Part shown: piece by piece, positions 1 to 14,200 of the stretch
Layout: each line of letters begins with the position of its first letter
Numbering within the stretch: position 1 is the stretch's first letter
Assembly (NCBI RefSeq): GCF_964355755.1
Contig: NC_092680.1
Span: forward strand, 18,919,045-18,983,044
Direction: 5' to 3'
Length of the DNA: 64,000 nucleotides
Source of the DNA: Antedon mediterranea
Taxonomy: Eukaryota; Animalia; Echinodermata
Position numbers and translations under genes: made by a program
Notes under the pieces: generated by a model
Told to the model about the DNA's origin: nothing
What the model saw: only the letters and a program-made list of their open reading frames with translations
The model's database searches: none

Positions 1-1461
1 GTTATTTGATTGACCGCCGTTGTCCTTGAGCCAACTATTGAAGCATCTTGAACGTTTGAACGCCAAGCATATTGCATTTTGGGTAATGTGAATACTTTTT
101 GCCGACAACCACTGACTGATTAAAACAGTTATTTTTGGGAGCATAAATTAAGTTGAAATGCAGTAAATATAAATTCAATTGTTTAAATAAATTGTTTGTT
201 CAGCACTATGCAGCAGCAACCAACCCTACAGTAAGTAACAAAAATCTAACCGAAGGTTACCATCTAGTAATGGAATTTACATTTTAATAGATACGGTACT
301 AGCATATATGCATTTTCCCATCTGTTGATACATATTCTATAAAGCGATGCATCTTGAAATATATTATTTCTAGGTTAATGTATTCAGAGACAAAGACTTG
401 ATAAGTTAATAACCTCCAAATTTGTACTTTTGATTGTAGCATTGTAAGGACACCTACTGCATGATTATAACAAATTACCTAACATTATCGCCATCAAAAC
501 TCAATGAAGGGTGTACAATGCGCATCTCTTAATGATTTTCCTGTTAGTTTGATCACTTTTAGATAGGCGCGGTGAAAGATGGTGTAGGCGTACCAATATC
601 AAGCACGTACTAGTGAGAATAATGCTCTAATCAAATGGATTTCATAACTCAATTAGGAGATAATCAGGCAGATTTTTCTCCATGGAGAGACCTACTAAGA
701 AACACACACTTTTTCTTGGCTTGGTGTTTTAATCGGAGGCCTTGTAATTTTGGCCTAAATAATAGATCAAGTGGAAAGTTTAACAAGGCATAAATGTTCT
801 TGTAATTACATTAATCTAATCAATTTGCTTAAATAAAGTGTTGAAAGATAAAGATAGTAAAATATATTTATGGTATGTATTTATGGGATTTGCTGACAAC
901 CAAATTTCTTTGTTTTTTTTACGAAGATAAATAAAGTTTCTTGTATCTTATTGTTAAAGTTAAATACAGTATACAGTACTTTTATACAGTTTTTGTCAAG
1001 TGCTTAATTGTATCATTTGATTGCATACACTTTTGTGAACTTACTGAAAAAATTGAAATATTGTATTACTATTTATTTATATAAAGATCAAAGTTAGGGC
1101 ATAGCCACATTTAATAAATTTGTCTACAGTAGCAAATGTGCCTTGATTCTCATAATTTACTTCAGTCCTACCAGCTGATGATGGTTCAAAATGTAATAAA
1201 TAATATGTTACTCTAAAATTATTTTTTTTCCTTCTATTTTGCACATTTTTCCTTAATATAATTATCAAGAATAGTACATGGTTGGTCTTCTAATATATGT
1301 ATGCTAAATACACTACAAATGTTTCATTTTTTACTCTATAACTACAGTATGTTAATTATTATAGGCCAACAAATGAATAAAATTTCAAACTCCCAAGTAA
1401 ACAATTACTAATAAATCAATTTGTTCACACATGGTGGAACTAAAGTACACTACAGTATATT

Positions 1462-1625
1462 AATCAAATCAAATCAAATCAATTTTATTTCCACAATATT
1501 ATAACATACATACAGTATAATAAATGCAATTAAGTATTCATGTGGGGGGAGAGTCATATAAGTCAGAAAGACTTTAAGTTTGACCCACCCCAAGATATAA
1601 CATTATTAAATACGAATATGAAAAA
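1462..1625 (-). mobile_element. LINE (CR1/L2-group) 3' tail
   Basis: The minus strand has a stem-loop-like ggggtgggtcaaacttaaagtctttctgacttatatgactctcccccc followed by aataaaa and a (tttga)n microsatellite tail. Confidence 0.45.
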
Positions 1626-2379
1626 GAAAAAAAAATATATATATATATATATATAATACATAAACTAATAATAAATAATAAAAAACAAAGCTACAATAAT
1701 GTCGAAAAAAACATATAGAGCAGAAAAAAAAAAGTACAATTACATGTTGTGCAAAATTACTCATTCAAATCATGACTCGGACTCTATTATAGTATTAGGA
1801 TGTTCTCTCATGCTTAACAGTGCCACTATACCTTATTTAGAAATAATTGATATTACTTAATACCTGTCGGATGTTGTGGAGGAATAAAACTAATGAATCA
1901 AATTTGTTTACAATAGAAAAACAAATCCAATAAATAATTAAAATGCTAAAAGTACAATTACTTATGTAAATACTGTAACACACCCAAATTTGATAATGAA
2001 AAGTACAAACAACCCGTAAGCCTACCAGTACTCATTACCCTTACCAGCAAATTAAAACTGTAAATCTAAATGTATATATTAATTAAAACGAATGGATATG
2101 GAAAAACTAATGAAAACATATTGAAAGGCCAACCCTATAAAACAGTAAAAAATAAATTAAAGAGTGGTTAATATTCAGGAAAAGTAAGATTTTATAAATT
2201 AAATGAGTTATCTATTGTGATAAAGGATAATCTGTATAAAATGTAGGTCGCAAGATGTTTGAGAAAAAGTGCATTATACTGTATTACAAATAAGACTACA
2301 TTGTTAATTGACAGAAGAAAAACAACATTTTTTGGATAATGGAAGAAGACAATAAAGGTCAATACTATTATTCATTCTG

Positions 2380-2780
2380 AATTCATTTAAAACGAATTCT
2401 TATCTGGTTCTTTAAAAAAAAAGTGGGTAGCCTACACCAACAAGGTAATACAGTAACAAACAGGGTGATTCTAAATCCCTCTTCTGAAATTAATTTATTC
2501 CTGTCTGGTTCTGATATAAAAAAAGGGGTAGCCTATACACCAAGGTACTGGTAATACATTAAAAAAACCCAGGCTGATGCTAAATCCCTCTTCGGGAATT
2601 TATTTAATCTTGTCTGGTTCTGATATAAAAAAAGGGGTAGCCTACATCAAGGTAATACAGTAAAAAAACCCAGGCTGATGCTAAATCCCTCTTCTAAAAT
2701 TCATTTATTTCTGTCTGGTTTTGATATAAAAACAGGGGTAGCCTACATCAAACACTGTAAAAAATACTCCAGGGTGATGT
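2380..2780. repeat. ~100-110-bp minisatellite, 4 units
   Basis: tctggttctgatataaaaaaaggggtagcctac...gatgctaaatccctcttc recurs at ~2403, 2504, 2613 and 2715. Confidence 0.85.
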
Positions 2781-3147
2781 GGTAGACTTATAAGCAATTT
2801 ATCATAACTATAAATACTATATAATGCATGCTAGACTTTTATTACCAAGGCAGACACCTATTCATAGCTCATGAATCATATAGTACACTGACAGTACAGA
2901 GTGTGCCTAGAGTTTAAGGCCAACGTTAACAACAGAACCCCACAATTAACTTTATTATTGCACACGTTCGTTCGAAGATGATTTTTTTTTAAAGAATGTA
3001 ATAATAGTTAAATCAATGTTTTAATAACCTGTTTTGGCAGCTGTTCTCAAGTTGACATTGGGTTGTGTATAGCAAGCTAAACTGATGATATTATTCGTGT
3101 GTACCTCCTTGCTCTCACCTTGCAATGGATAAAGGAATCTAGATCAA

Positions 3148-3430
3148 TAAATGTTTGTAGTTAGGGATAGGATTCTTAGCGAGGTAATTTAAAATTGTGT
3201 ATGGTTTGGGTGGTGAGAGAATAATGTTGAGTTGCACGTCAAAATACCTGTAAATTGCATATTTTAAAATAACTCCTCTCGGCTGCTAAATGTTTGTAGT
3301 TAGGGATAGGATTCTTAGCAAGGTAATTTAAAATTGTGTATGGTTTGGGTGGTGAGAGAATAATGTTGAGTTGCACGTCAAAATACCTGTAAATTGCATA
3401 TTTTAAAATAACTCCTCTCGGCTGCTAAAT
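3148..3430. repeat. Near-perfect 139-bp tandem duplication
   Basis: taaatgtttgtagttagggataggattcttagc...aactcctctcggctgc at 3148 and 3287, with taaat microhomology at the junctions. Confidence 0.92.
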
Positions 3431-3598
3431 TCTCCAAAAACCGGACTTTTCATGAGGTCCAAAACATCAACAAATTTTGTTTTACCATTAAAAACACTTT
3501 CCAAATACCATACTTTCCAGAAGAAATAATTAGGCTAGCCCAATGGTACCCAGTATTGGGAGAGTTGACTGTAGTAATTTTACTTAAATGTTTTCTTA

Positions 3599-3706
3599 AG
3601 CTCTGTCTACACTATCAAACTTTATGTGACAAAAATGTGCACATATATGGACATGATCACTACCATATTTGGGCATATCACTACTATATTTGGGCACATC
3701 ACACTT
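3599..3706. mobile_element. MITE family A, truncated copy
   Basis: Left TIR after TTA plus internal 21-bp repeats; right end missing. Confidence 0.75.
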
Positions 3707-4349
3707 AACTCATCATTAAAATAACATTATAAAAAAGCCTAATGGGCACAAAAGAAACTGAAGGACAATCTCATTTCCAAGCCAAGGATTTCCATATTAT
3801 GTCCATTTATAAAATTCTTTTGATATGATTTTTAACAATTGATATTCAATTGAAGGACGTTATCATTTCATTTTACCAACTCTATGATATTTATTTAAAC
3901 TAAGTAAAATTATTGCTCAGGTCATTGAATGGTAAATCCCTGCCTCTCACTATATATATGAAATTATTTACATATCATTATTATTGATTTTTGTGATAAG
4001 CATTTTAACAATGATCTTTTAAAACCAAGAGATCATGAAATCAAATCATTTATACATTAGCACAAAGGGATATAGCTTGCAATCGTTTTGTTGCAACAAT
4101 CATGTCACTCATCCAACATTAATGATCTTTGTTATGACTTCATTCCAAAGCCAACAGATGTAAATTTATTGTTAGGGTACCCACCCAATTTATAAACTGC
4201 AAACTTGGGTTCAATCATAAACATTTATAGTGGAATCACCATTTGGAAACTTTTTTTAAAACATTATCTGGTTTTGGGAAAGTTTCCAGTTTTCAGAAAG
4301 TCCAGTTCAATTTACTCCCAGCCTGTTTTTAAAATCTATATTTAAAATG

Positions 4350-4515
4350 TAATACACATCCTATCCAACTCGCCAATTACAGGGTGGCTAAACTATTTGA
4401 CTTGGGGAATAGAGTTGAAAGAGTCATGAGTTACAACTCTAGCACTAGGTAGGGCTTGAACCCTGAACCTCGGGTTTAGAAGGCAAGCACATTAGCCAAC
4501 AAGTGACAGCTACAC
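4350..4515 (-). mobile_element. tRNA-derived SINE, second family (degenerate)
   Basis: Minus strand has a B-box-like GGTTCAAGCCC after a tRNA-like head, and a tail gccaccctgtaattggcg that recurs at 23582-23620. Confidence 0.55.
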
Positions 4516-4613
4516 TAAACTTTTTTTTTTATACCTGTCTAAAGATATACTATTTCATTCATTTCAAATGTAAATTAACTGAAGAGGAATTGCTAGTATT
4601 GAACACTGTAAAT

Positions 4614-4767
4614 GGTCTGTCTATACTATCAAATTTTATGTGACAAAAAAATAAGATGTGTCCATATGGACATGTCACATCACTGCCATATTTGGGCATA
4701 TCACTACCACATTTGGGAACATCACAATTTTTTTTTTCAAACTATAGTGTACAGTGTAGATAGAGCT
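4614..4767. mobile_element. MITE family A copy
   Basis: Degenerate TIRs, internal repeats, TAA on the right. Confidence 0.78.
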
Positions 4768-6184
4768 TAAGTCTAACATGTTTTTATGTGCATGTTAAGG
4801 CAAAGAGGTGAACAAGTTTTAATGCTCTTTCAACATTAGGAAATTCTTTTATTGAATACAGGTCGAAGAACATTAAAGGAGAGTAGCATTACAGTAATAG
4901 TATTAAGGAGAACTGAGGGGAAAAAACAATGCTGTAAAATTGTCACAATTCAACAATTTTAATTTATTAGTACATAAGCTAAAGCCTTCAATTTTGATAG
5001 TTGAATAACTATAGGTATTTAATCTCATTAGTGGCAAAACCAGCATGATGTTTATGAAATGTGACAGCGGACTCGTTCTCTATGCCCTATCTGCAATCAG
5101 GAACATGCTGTCGGACGATGTTAGCTTAGGCAACCGGGGAGAGCTAAAACATCAAGGGGCCCATTCCACAGGGTAATAATTTTTTATGGGCCTGTGCTGG
5201 AGGCTTATTGAGCATTCCAGCTTAATTTGGAAAAGCAAGCCTGGATGATGAAATGAATTGAAAATTGATGGCTTTTCAATTTGGTATGTACTGGTATCAT
5301 TAAGCTGGGTTCACATTTTTTTAAATAACAGCACTTTTATCATTACACTAGTGGTAAAAGTTATAAAATTAACACCAAAATGAATCTCTAAAGTAACAAA
5401 TTCTAAAAGAAAGATTTGAATTATAGGCCTACTGTATAATTTTTTTTAAAAAAGAGGAGAGAGGAGGATACATCATATGACAAGAACCCTAACCTAGGAA
5501 GTAGGAATATTGGAGGATTGTCACTAAATATTGATTTTTATCGTGGGTATTAAAATATTTAATACTTAGTCAGAACATATGCAAACATATAAATGTATTA
5601 CTATTAACTAAATAGACATGAAGGTAAATAATGTACAGCATTTATATGAAAAAAAGCAGATTTTTTTTAAAGCAAAAACACTTTTTGTTGATGGGCAGGA
5701 TACACAAGGCAGGCAGACCTGGGGCTTGGTGACTGACAAACCAGATACAGCTACATAATCATAATAAGCTTTGATAAACAATTCAACTAATCTATTATTT
5801 AAAAAAAAATTATGATAAAGCACAACTCTAAAAAGGCTTTTGGAATCAGCAGATTACAAAGTCAATCGAGAAAAAGAAAAAGTTATTATAAGATACTCCT
5901 TTTTACAAATTGCAACACATCTTAAAATATTCCGTCATTTTGCAATGTAAAATGAGGAAATATAATACTGCTCTAGGCAAGTTCACTGAACAAAAATTAT
6001 AAGTTCAATGTAATAATGAAATTAAAATAAATCAAATTCAGCAAAATCAAACAATGAAATTTAAGTAAAATAGGAAATAATAAGGATCAAGAGACACAAC
6101 AGGAAATTTATAATAAAACAAAAGATCATTTTTGGTTCAATGTCTCAATAATCCAGGAAGTCCATACAGCGTTAATGCTTTTAA

Positions 6185-6515
6185 TGATCTAGAGCCCTGT
6201 TCACACAGCTGTAAATTACCGACTTATGTGAAAATGGTCAAGTGATGATTCCATTCTTTCATTTTTGTAATGAATATTTATGTATGTTAATGTTTTTTTT
6301 TTTTTGTGAATGGAAATAAAGAAACAAACAAACAAATGATTTAGAGCTCCGTTCACACAGCTGTAAATTACCGACTTATGTGATGCTTACGTGATGATCT
6401 AGAGCCCCATTTACAAATCTGTAAATTACCGACTTATGTGAAAATGCTCAAGTGATGATCTAGAGCCTCGTTCACACAGCTGTAAATTACCAACTTATGT
6501 GAAAATGCTCAAGTG
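6185..6515. repeat. Four tandem ~60-bp units resembling minimal Harbinger-type MITE ends
   Basis: gatctagagccc(t)gttcacacagctgtaaattaccgacttatgtgaaaatg recurs at ~6186, 6337, 6396 and 6457; a related element spans ~6568-6681. Confidence 0.7.
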
Positions 6516-7729
6516 CCTCTGTAGCCTACCTATTCAAATTCTGGTCCAATTTTGCACTTTTACTTAGACTCTATTCACACAGAAATGGGTAAACTACCAT
6601 AACATTATCTGGGTAAAAGGTTATAGACTGGAAATAATGGTAAAATGCTTACTGCAATATTGCATATATGTGAAAAGGGCTTATAATTGTACAATGCAAA
6701 CTTATTGTATACCTCAATGTTCTCTCTACACTAAACAGTTTAGTCATAAATCTATTCATATTATCACTCTATAGATAAATAGTTTGTCCACATAAGGTTT
6801 GTGGTACACCATACAATTCCCCAAAAAGGAAGATGTCTCGACATTACGTGCAGATACACAACTATCTTCTAGAGTAAAGTCCACAATCAGACAACTTCAG
6901 AAACCCAAGTTTAGGCAGGAATGGACTATAGAAGTCTGGTAAATCCCATGACAAGAAAAAAAGAAGAAAATTTCATTTTTTTTCTCCTTTTGAATGTCCA
7001 AACTATCTGCAGTTAACAGTTTACATTTGGATAAGATTCTTACTTTATAATGTTTAAAATAAATGTGATTTAAATTTATTTTAAATTTCATTTTTTATAT
7101 GACAAATATGCTTTGAAAATATTATTGTACAGTATAAAGCGTATAAGCTTTTAATTCACCTTAACCTGTTTAAAATAAATGTGATTTAGATTTATTTTAA
7201 ATATCATTTTTTATATGACAAATATGCTTTGAATCTACTACTGTATAAAGAAGAAGCGTTTAATCTGTAACTCTGACAACTGCTCAAAATTCAGTAAATT
7301 CCTATTTTCAATGATAATTGATCATCCGGAACTAACTGTCCATATTTGGAAAGATTCTCACGTACTGAAGACAATTCAGCGTAATAAAAAGCGCAAGCCA
7401 TCCATCAATTTCAATACCCTAACAATTTTTTACTACTTGTTAAAACAGAGTAAGCTTACAAGATGTTCAGAGGCTAAAGTTTATGAGCAGAAGTCAGCTC
7501 CTAATGGACACTTTAACTAATACCTATTAACATTCTACGAGACATAGATGCTATTATTACTTCTCTTCCAACAAGAACGTGGAAAACAGATACTGTACAT
7601 CAATGTACATCTTAATTTTTGGAATATATTAAAAATCATATTATTTTTGTGTGTGCATGGTTTGTACGTTGTATGTTGTTTTCAGCATATTATATAGAGG
7701 TACCTCACAAGGTATACTTTAGCTTCTAA

Positions 7730-7910
7730 AGCTCTGTTTACACTATCAATCTTTATGTGACAAAAAAATGTGATGTGGCCATATATGGACATGATGATGT
7801 CATACCACTACCATATTTTGGCATATCACTACCATATTTTGGCATATCACTACCATATTTGGGCACATCACACTTTTTTGTAAAACTAGTTTGATCGTGT
7901 AGACAGGCCT
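7730..7910. mobile_element. Tourist/Harbinger-type MITE family A (TIR AGCTCTGTCTACACTATCAAACT)
   Basis: TIRs, TAA TSD on both sides, internal 21-bp repeats atatcactaccatatttgggc. Confidence 0.85.
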
Positions 7911-10900
7911 TAACGTTTTCTTATTTACAGATGACAGTATGGACAGACAGACTAAGCCTCAGAAAACAACTACAAGCAATATTTTAATATTAATTATATA
8001 TACAGTATGGAATAAGAACTTTACTGAACAAAAATAAACTGTTTACCAAATTATCTTGAATACTGAAATATTGCAAAGCATACATGCTAAAATTGTAAGT
8101 TTATTTATGAGTTTATTAATAATTCTTAATCATAATGAATCCTTTAGTAGTCTCTTTTACTGCCATAAATATATTATTAAATGATTGACTACATAACCAA
8201 TGTCATGTGTTTGTCAGTAGATCAGGTGCACATAAGAGGTACAAAACATACCAATGTGTTCTGAAATAATTACAGCCTTTATAGAAGTTCACGTAGGCAC
8301 ACATAACTGTCTAAAAATAAGCGAACTGGTCTGCTTTTACTAAATAACTTCCTGTCAAAGCTTTCACTGCTAAATCACATTTCCAGAGACAAAACTTGTT
8401 TACAAGTATTCCTTAAAAAGCAAGACAAAAGCATCAAACAAAAAATTCATTAAAAATAAAATCCGATCCAACCAAAGACAAGGGGAAAACACCCTGCGAA
8501 GAATTTAATTTCCTTTTTTTAGATTCTAATTAATTCAATTCCTTGTCTAAATATAGGTTTCGTACCAAGTTGTACCTGTAAATAGATTGTGTTTATGTGA
8601 ATCGATCCCCATCTTAGCCCAAGCCAACCTCCCAGGGCCTGTACAGACCCATGCTTGTGCATAGTATTTCACCTAGAAGAGTACAAAAGTTAATTAGCCA
8701 TACTGTTATTTAAAGTATGGAGGAATTAGTTTCTAAGTGATGTATCCTTACAAACAGATTTTTGTTGTATGTTTGACTCGTTCGTTTTAATCCAATTAAA
8801 TAACTTCTGTTTTCACGGCTTCTACAGTCACTACTTACTTTCCCATGAAGATGTGTGGGTTCGGTATTGTTCAGCAGCGTGGGAGTCCGGGGTTCATTGC
8901 ATTTTCCAGAGTAGAAAAGTTGTGTAAATATGAGGGAAATTAAGCATAAATGGTAACTTTGTTCAAAGGCATCTTAAAACAAATGGAAACATTGTTATAG
9001 TCTTTAAATTAAGGAATTTCGATGAAAAGATTTTGTGTTGGGTCAATTAAACAGCTCACATCAAGCAAAAGTAATGAAATTAAGCCTTGAGGTTTCTTAT
9101 CAGTATACTTGGGAGAAATTAACTCAAGTACAAAGAACATAATAGTTGGCTCAACCATTTAAAAACAGAAATGAATCACTCATTTTAATTATAAAATCTA
9201 CATAAAACTCAATTAAACAAGTAGTGACTCAGGTAAAAATCAATAAAACCTATTTGAATGAAACCAGTAGGGGATTATCTAAACGTTTATCACCTTATAC
9301 AATACAAGGCTAAATAGATTAGTCAAACTGACTTCCCTATTTAAAAAATGGAACAGTCTGTAAGTTGTATGGTTGACTGGTTTAGCAAGATTAGATCATT
9401 CTTATAGCTGACAGCATTCACAGTGGAAGTACATTTTTACAATACTCCAGACTAAAGAATCCCCAAGACATCAGCAAGAGATGCTGTGAATACCAGTATT
9501 ATAACTGTAGCAATGTTTGGATAAATATTTTTTTCTGAAACTAAAACAAGGATACTTAGTAGAGGAATTATTGTTCACTCAAAAAGTTTTAATCATGGTG
9601 AGTTTATAACTTTATATTTAGTATAAAATTCTGCAATTTCTTTTTGGTTGTGTTACTTTTAGCTTTTGCTTAATTTATTTGTATCCATTGAGAACTACTG
9701 TAGCCACTGATACCAACAGCATTGTCATTTTTGTTTCAATAATTGCATTAGATTTATTGATATATAGCAAAGGAATACAGTAGCAGTAGTTAGTTTGTGT
9801 TTTTCCAAAAGCTTGATATTTTTTTTCTGAATTTAATTTCTTTAATCAAAAAATATTTTTTTGTTTATTTTTGTTTTAAATTGTGATACAGTGTACTGGT
9901 ACCCAACAGGGCACCGTCCCCAACAGCATTTCAGTATGTTGTATATTTCATATTGCTTATTTAAAAAAATGATAAATTTAATTTCAAGTTGATTGATTAA
10001 TTAAGCATATGTACTGGTTGTATTGGCAGCTGTTAGGTAATGCTTTGCAATTGATGGGCGTGCAGTCTCAGAAATATATTTCCAATAATTGGTTTTGCAA
10101 TTTTAAATTAGTTTATGGTGTGTATATACTGTAATGTAACTTTGTATGTTGGTGTAATAGCATGGCTGTTGAAATGTTTCATCAGAATCAGATGTTCTTA
10201 CTTTGAAACTTTGTTGATACTAAATTTGATAAATGTAATTTATATATTTAAGTATTTAAACATAAAATGAATGTCAACTGATTACAAAGTACAACGTCCT
10301 CCGACAAAACAGGTCGGAACGAAACACAAAAGTATAATCACCACCAAACTATGAACTAATATTTATATAAGGTCTCAAATTGAAGTGTTTGTAAACTAAC
10401 TTTAGCTAGGCTGTTATATCCACTGATTAGCACGTACTGTTTTGATAGGACTTATTAGCTTTAAAGCACCTAACGATTTTAGAGTCATTAATCACACATG
10501 TTTTATCATTAAAAATACCATTTTTCTATATTGTACCAAGGAAGTCACAACTCCCTGATTGTACTAGTGGAATTAAAGTTTTAGCTCAGGTTTTTTGAAG
10601 TGAAATAATTGTATTGTTTTGTTAAGGGCATTTTTTTTTATGTGATACTACTGAAAAAAAGATACAGTAGTCTGAAAATAAAAATTGCTTGAGGAATTTT
10701 TGACTTAGGTCACATGATTTGTTAATTCCTACTTCCACATGATATTAAAATAAAACATTGTAAGAATACACTTTAATTACTGGCATCCTCAATTCAAGAT
10801 GGTGCCCATTAAATATTGTTATCTTTATGTAAATGAGAAAAGCTCTATATTAGATACCATTAAAACTTATTATGATAAAACCAGCATTTAAACATAGTAG

Positions 10901-11073
10901 TGTTCATTTAACTATCCAAAATCCAGCCAGCATTTTAAAGAACAAAGATCTGTACACAATACACACTGTACTGTAGCTATGGATGAAAATGTATGAATTC
11001 CAGTTTTCTGTCTGATTTTGAGTGTGAATTACTATACGGTACATGTACAGCTATTGGCAGTGGCATTCACTAA

Positions 11074-11239
11074 AGCATGGTTCCCACTAGCGACGTAACG
11101 CAACGCAAGTGAATTGACCAATCAAAAGCGATGGCTTATTTGCTTGTGATTGCTAACTGTCTATAACTTTGTTTGTCATTGGTTAAAACGCTTGCGTTGC
11201 GTTTACGTCCTTGCGTTACGTTCTAGTGGGAACCAAGCT
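11074..11239. mobile_element. Harbinger-type MITE family B (TIR AGCTTGGTTCCCACTAG)
   Basis: TIRs, TAA/TTA flanks, internal aacgc/gcgtt repeats; partial copies at ~22958-23055, ~26470-26577 and ~47255-47314. Confidence 0.8.
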
Positions 11240-14200
11240 TTAAAAACTCTTAATTACTGTACATCAGTGAATTGTTAGTGTCTTGCTCTTAAACACTTTA
11301 TCTTTTTCCACAAATGTGGTTCAGTGTTAACAGGGAGTTGTAAATACAACTCCCTGGTGTTGACTTTACTGAAAGAATGTGTCAGTGCTGTATGCCAACA
11401 CAGCATGTTCTTCATCAGTGTGAACAGAACATAATATACTGTACCAACATACTGTACAGTACTTAATTATATTGATACTGCTAATCCTACAATTAAATGC
11501 AATCACAAATTTTCAGCAAGTCTTCAATAGGATTTAGCGACTTAAAAAAGTTTAGCCATGTGCCTTGCTTGAAAGCTATGTAAACATTGTTTTTACCTGT
11601 GAATTGGCCCAGGTGGTAGCCACTTCCAGATACTTGAAAACACAATTGTTTACATACAGCTATTAAGTAGCATGTTAAATAAAGATACAATTAAGTGCTT
11701 TTAGAACATGATATCCTTGAGCACTGTTGATATGGCAATGCTATCGAATATTAAATAATGCTTGAGAGTTTTTATCTAAATACAACATTTTTTTCAATTC
11801 AAACAAGATATACACACTGTATTAAAAGTGACCCAATCATTAAAAAATCATTGATCTTGAACCAATTTTTAACATAAATTAATGGAGGACAGTTTCTAAG
11901 TGTAATTCTAGAAAAAACATCAATTGGTTAGTGGCAACTTCTTAAAAATTTCATCAACTAGTCTTGTTTTCAGAATAATTATATATACATTTTAACAATT
12001 TACATAATTTAAGGAATTTAGGTTTAAAGTTGGCTCTGTTAATTTTGACTAGAATTATAATTTATCAACATAATGTGAAAGATTTACAGGTAATAGTAGA
12101 CAATAGTGGATTACTACCATTATTTTAAACATCAGGTAGAAATACTTTTGTTTTAAAAACAAAGAAAATAGAACACACAAAAGGTTAAAATATTTCATCA
12201 AAGAATTACTTAAATTTAGAAAGTATTAGAATTATATAGTTTTGCTGGTATGAATAAAAGTTAACAATGTGTGGATAGAATACTAAATCACCCTTTTTAT
12301 TATTAGTAAAATTTAATTTTGGCAAAGAATTACAAAATAAGGGTATACATGTACACATTTTACATATTTATTAAACATAAATGAAATTATTTAAAGATTT
12401 TCCTCTGTAATAAAAAAAAAGTATTTTAATTGCTTGAACAATTAGTTGATGCAAACAATTGTCAATGTTATTCGTTTTAGAAGGGATTTATTTTTGCTAA
12501 CCACATTTTTGCTGTAATATAACTTGTAATATATTAAGCATAAGTAGTTACTGTTGCTAGGTTAGTTTTAAAAGGTAGATTATCTTTTTCCTTTTATTTT
12601 ATTCTCTTAAAAAAGTATAGGTTTTTAAATTCTTTATCAGCTTCAATGTATTATTTTATTTAGTTGTTTTTTAGTTTATACTTGAAAAACAAAAGTTAGA
12701 GCTTAAATGACCATTGGCCTAGGGTCAGCTGGTCATCAGTGGACAAGTCCAGACCTTCAACTTAAAGAGTAACAGGTTCACCCCCTAAAATTGTTAATCT
12801 ACAGTAATACTTTAAAAGACTTCTATTCATTATCAATTACAAATACACTACAGACTTTACAATGCAATAGTTTACCTCTATCCTGTTTAGTCACTATCTG
12901 GGTATTAGAACAAAAGCCAAGAAGAAAAGAACTGGACACTTAATAGAACAATTGCCTGTTAATAGACAAAAGACCCTGGCTCTACCTTGGCATGATCTTA
13001 ATAAACCGTTCAATTGTTAGTGTATTAAAAAGGACTCCTCTTTCTGACCTATAAATAAGTGCTGGGTGTAAGGATTGTCATTATTGGGTAGATGCCAAAT
13101 GCACAAGAAGTGTGGTGGCATGTAGCAAGACGTGTGCCATATTTTTGTAATTACTGCACTACAGGTAAACATGGTAGTTGTTTGATCTGAGTGGGCAGTA
13201 ATTGAATAAAAAAAAAGCATATGCATATGTTAGCAAGCAGCTGGAGTTCAATGGTAAGTTTGTCTTACAATACATATGTTAACCTCCTAACCAATCTTTA
13301 CAAATAATAATGTACAGTATTGTTAAAGTATATAAAGTAGGCCTACAGTATTAATTGCTGTTTTTGGATTCTTAGCTGTTTTAGTAGTTACTGTATAGTA
13401 CAGTACATATCATCATGTAAATCCATTTAAAGTTATATTGGCAATTTGTTTGATAATATCTTGATAGATGTTCAATCATTTATTTTGTTTGTAACATCAA
13501 TCATTTTCTACATAACTTGCAAGTAGTTAAAACTTGTAAATTTAAATTAAAAAGAACATTTTCGTGTGGTGCCTGATAAGGATAAACAAAAGCTATGGTA
13601 AAAAAATATCATTCAAGTTTAAAGGTTTACGGTACATCATCATGTGTTCCCAAAATAAAATGAGAGAAATACCATACTTTCTTTTCTTCTCTCTACTGTA
13701 GCTTTACTAGTATTTATTTGCAAGGTAAACACTTCAACAGTATTAAAAAAATACTTCATTTTCCATACCAAAATTTATCTAGGCCTAAACTGGTTTTAAA
13801 GTCTTTTCAAAACATCCACAGTGAATGGGCATATGTAAAATCACTTTTATAAGTCCTTATAAAAACATCTTCAAGCGTTAGTGTCAGGCCTCTGATTAAA
13901 AAGGCTTGGCTTTGCAGTACAGACCACTTACAGAGAGTGAAACACTCTATTGTATACAGATCCACAGGGGTAATCACATTGCTGTTTGAATCTTTTACCA
14001 ATCTCCGCGGCAATGTCCACAAAAGAACGTTTTCTAGTGCTTATTCTCACTTCCTGAGCTTTCTTTATTGTGCATTATTCCACATGGGCGCTCCTCGATA
14101 CATATTTGGTTGTTTGAGTGTTTGATGAATGAGAAATTACTTTATGAATGAGAATTTATTGAACGCCACCTCCATAAATATGACACTGTTCTGTGTCTCT

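Noticed and set aside
11368-11425. Possible hammerhead ribozyme (ctgatgaaga on the minus strand)
   Set aside because: No GAAA core at the end of stem II and no matching stems I/III; it is a simple imperfect hairpin.
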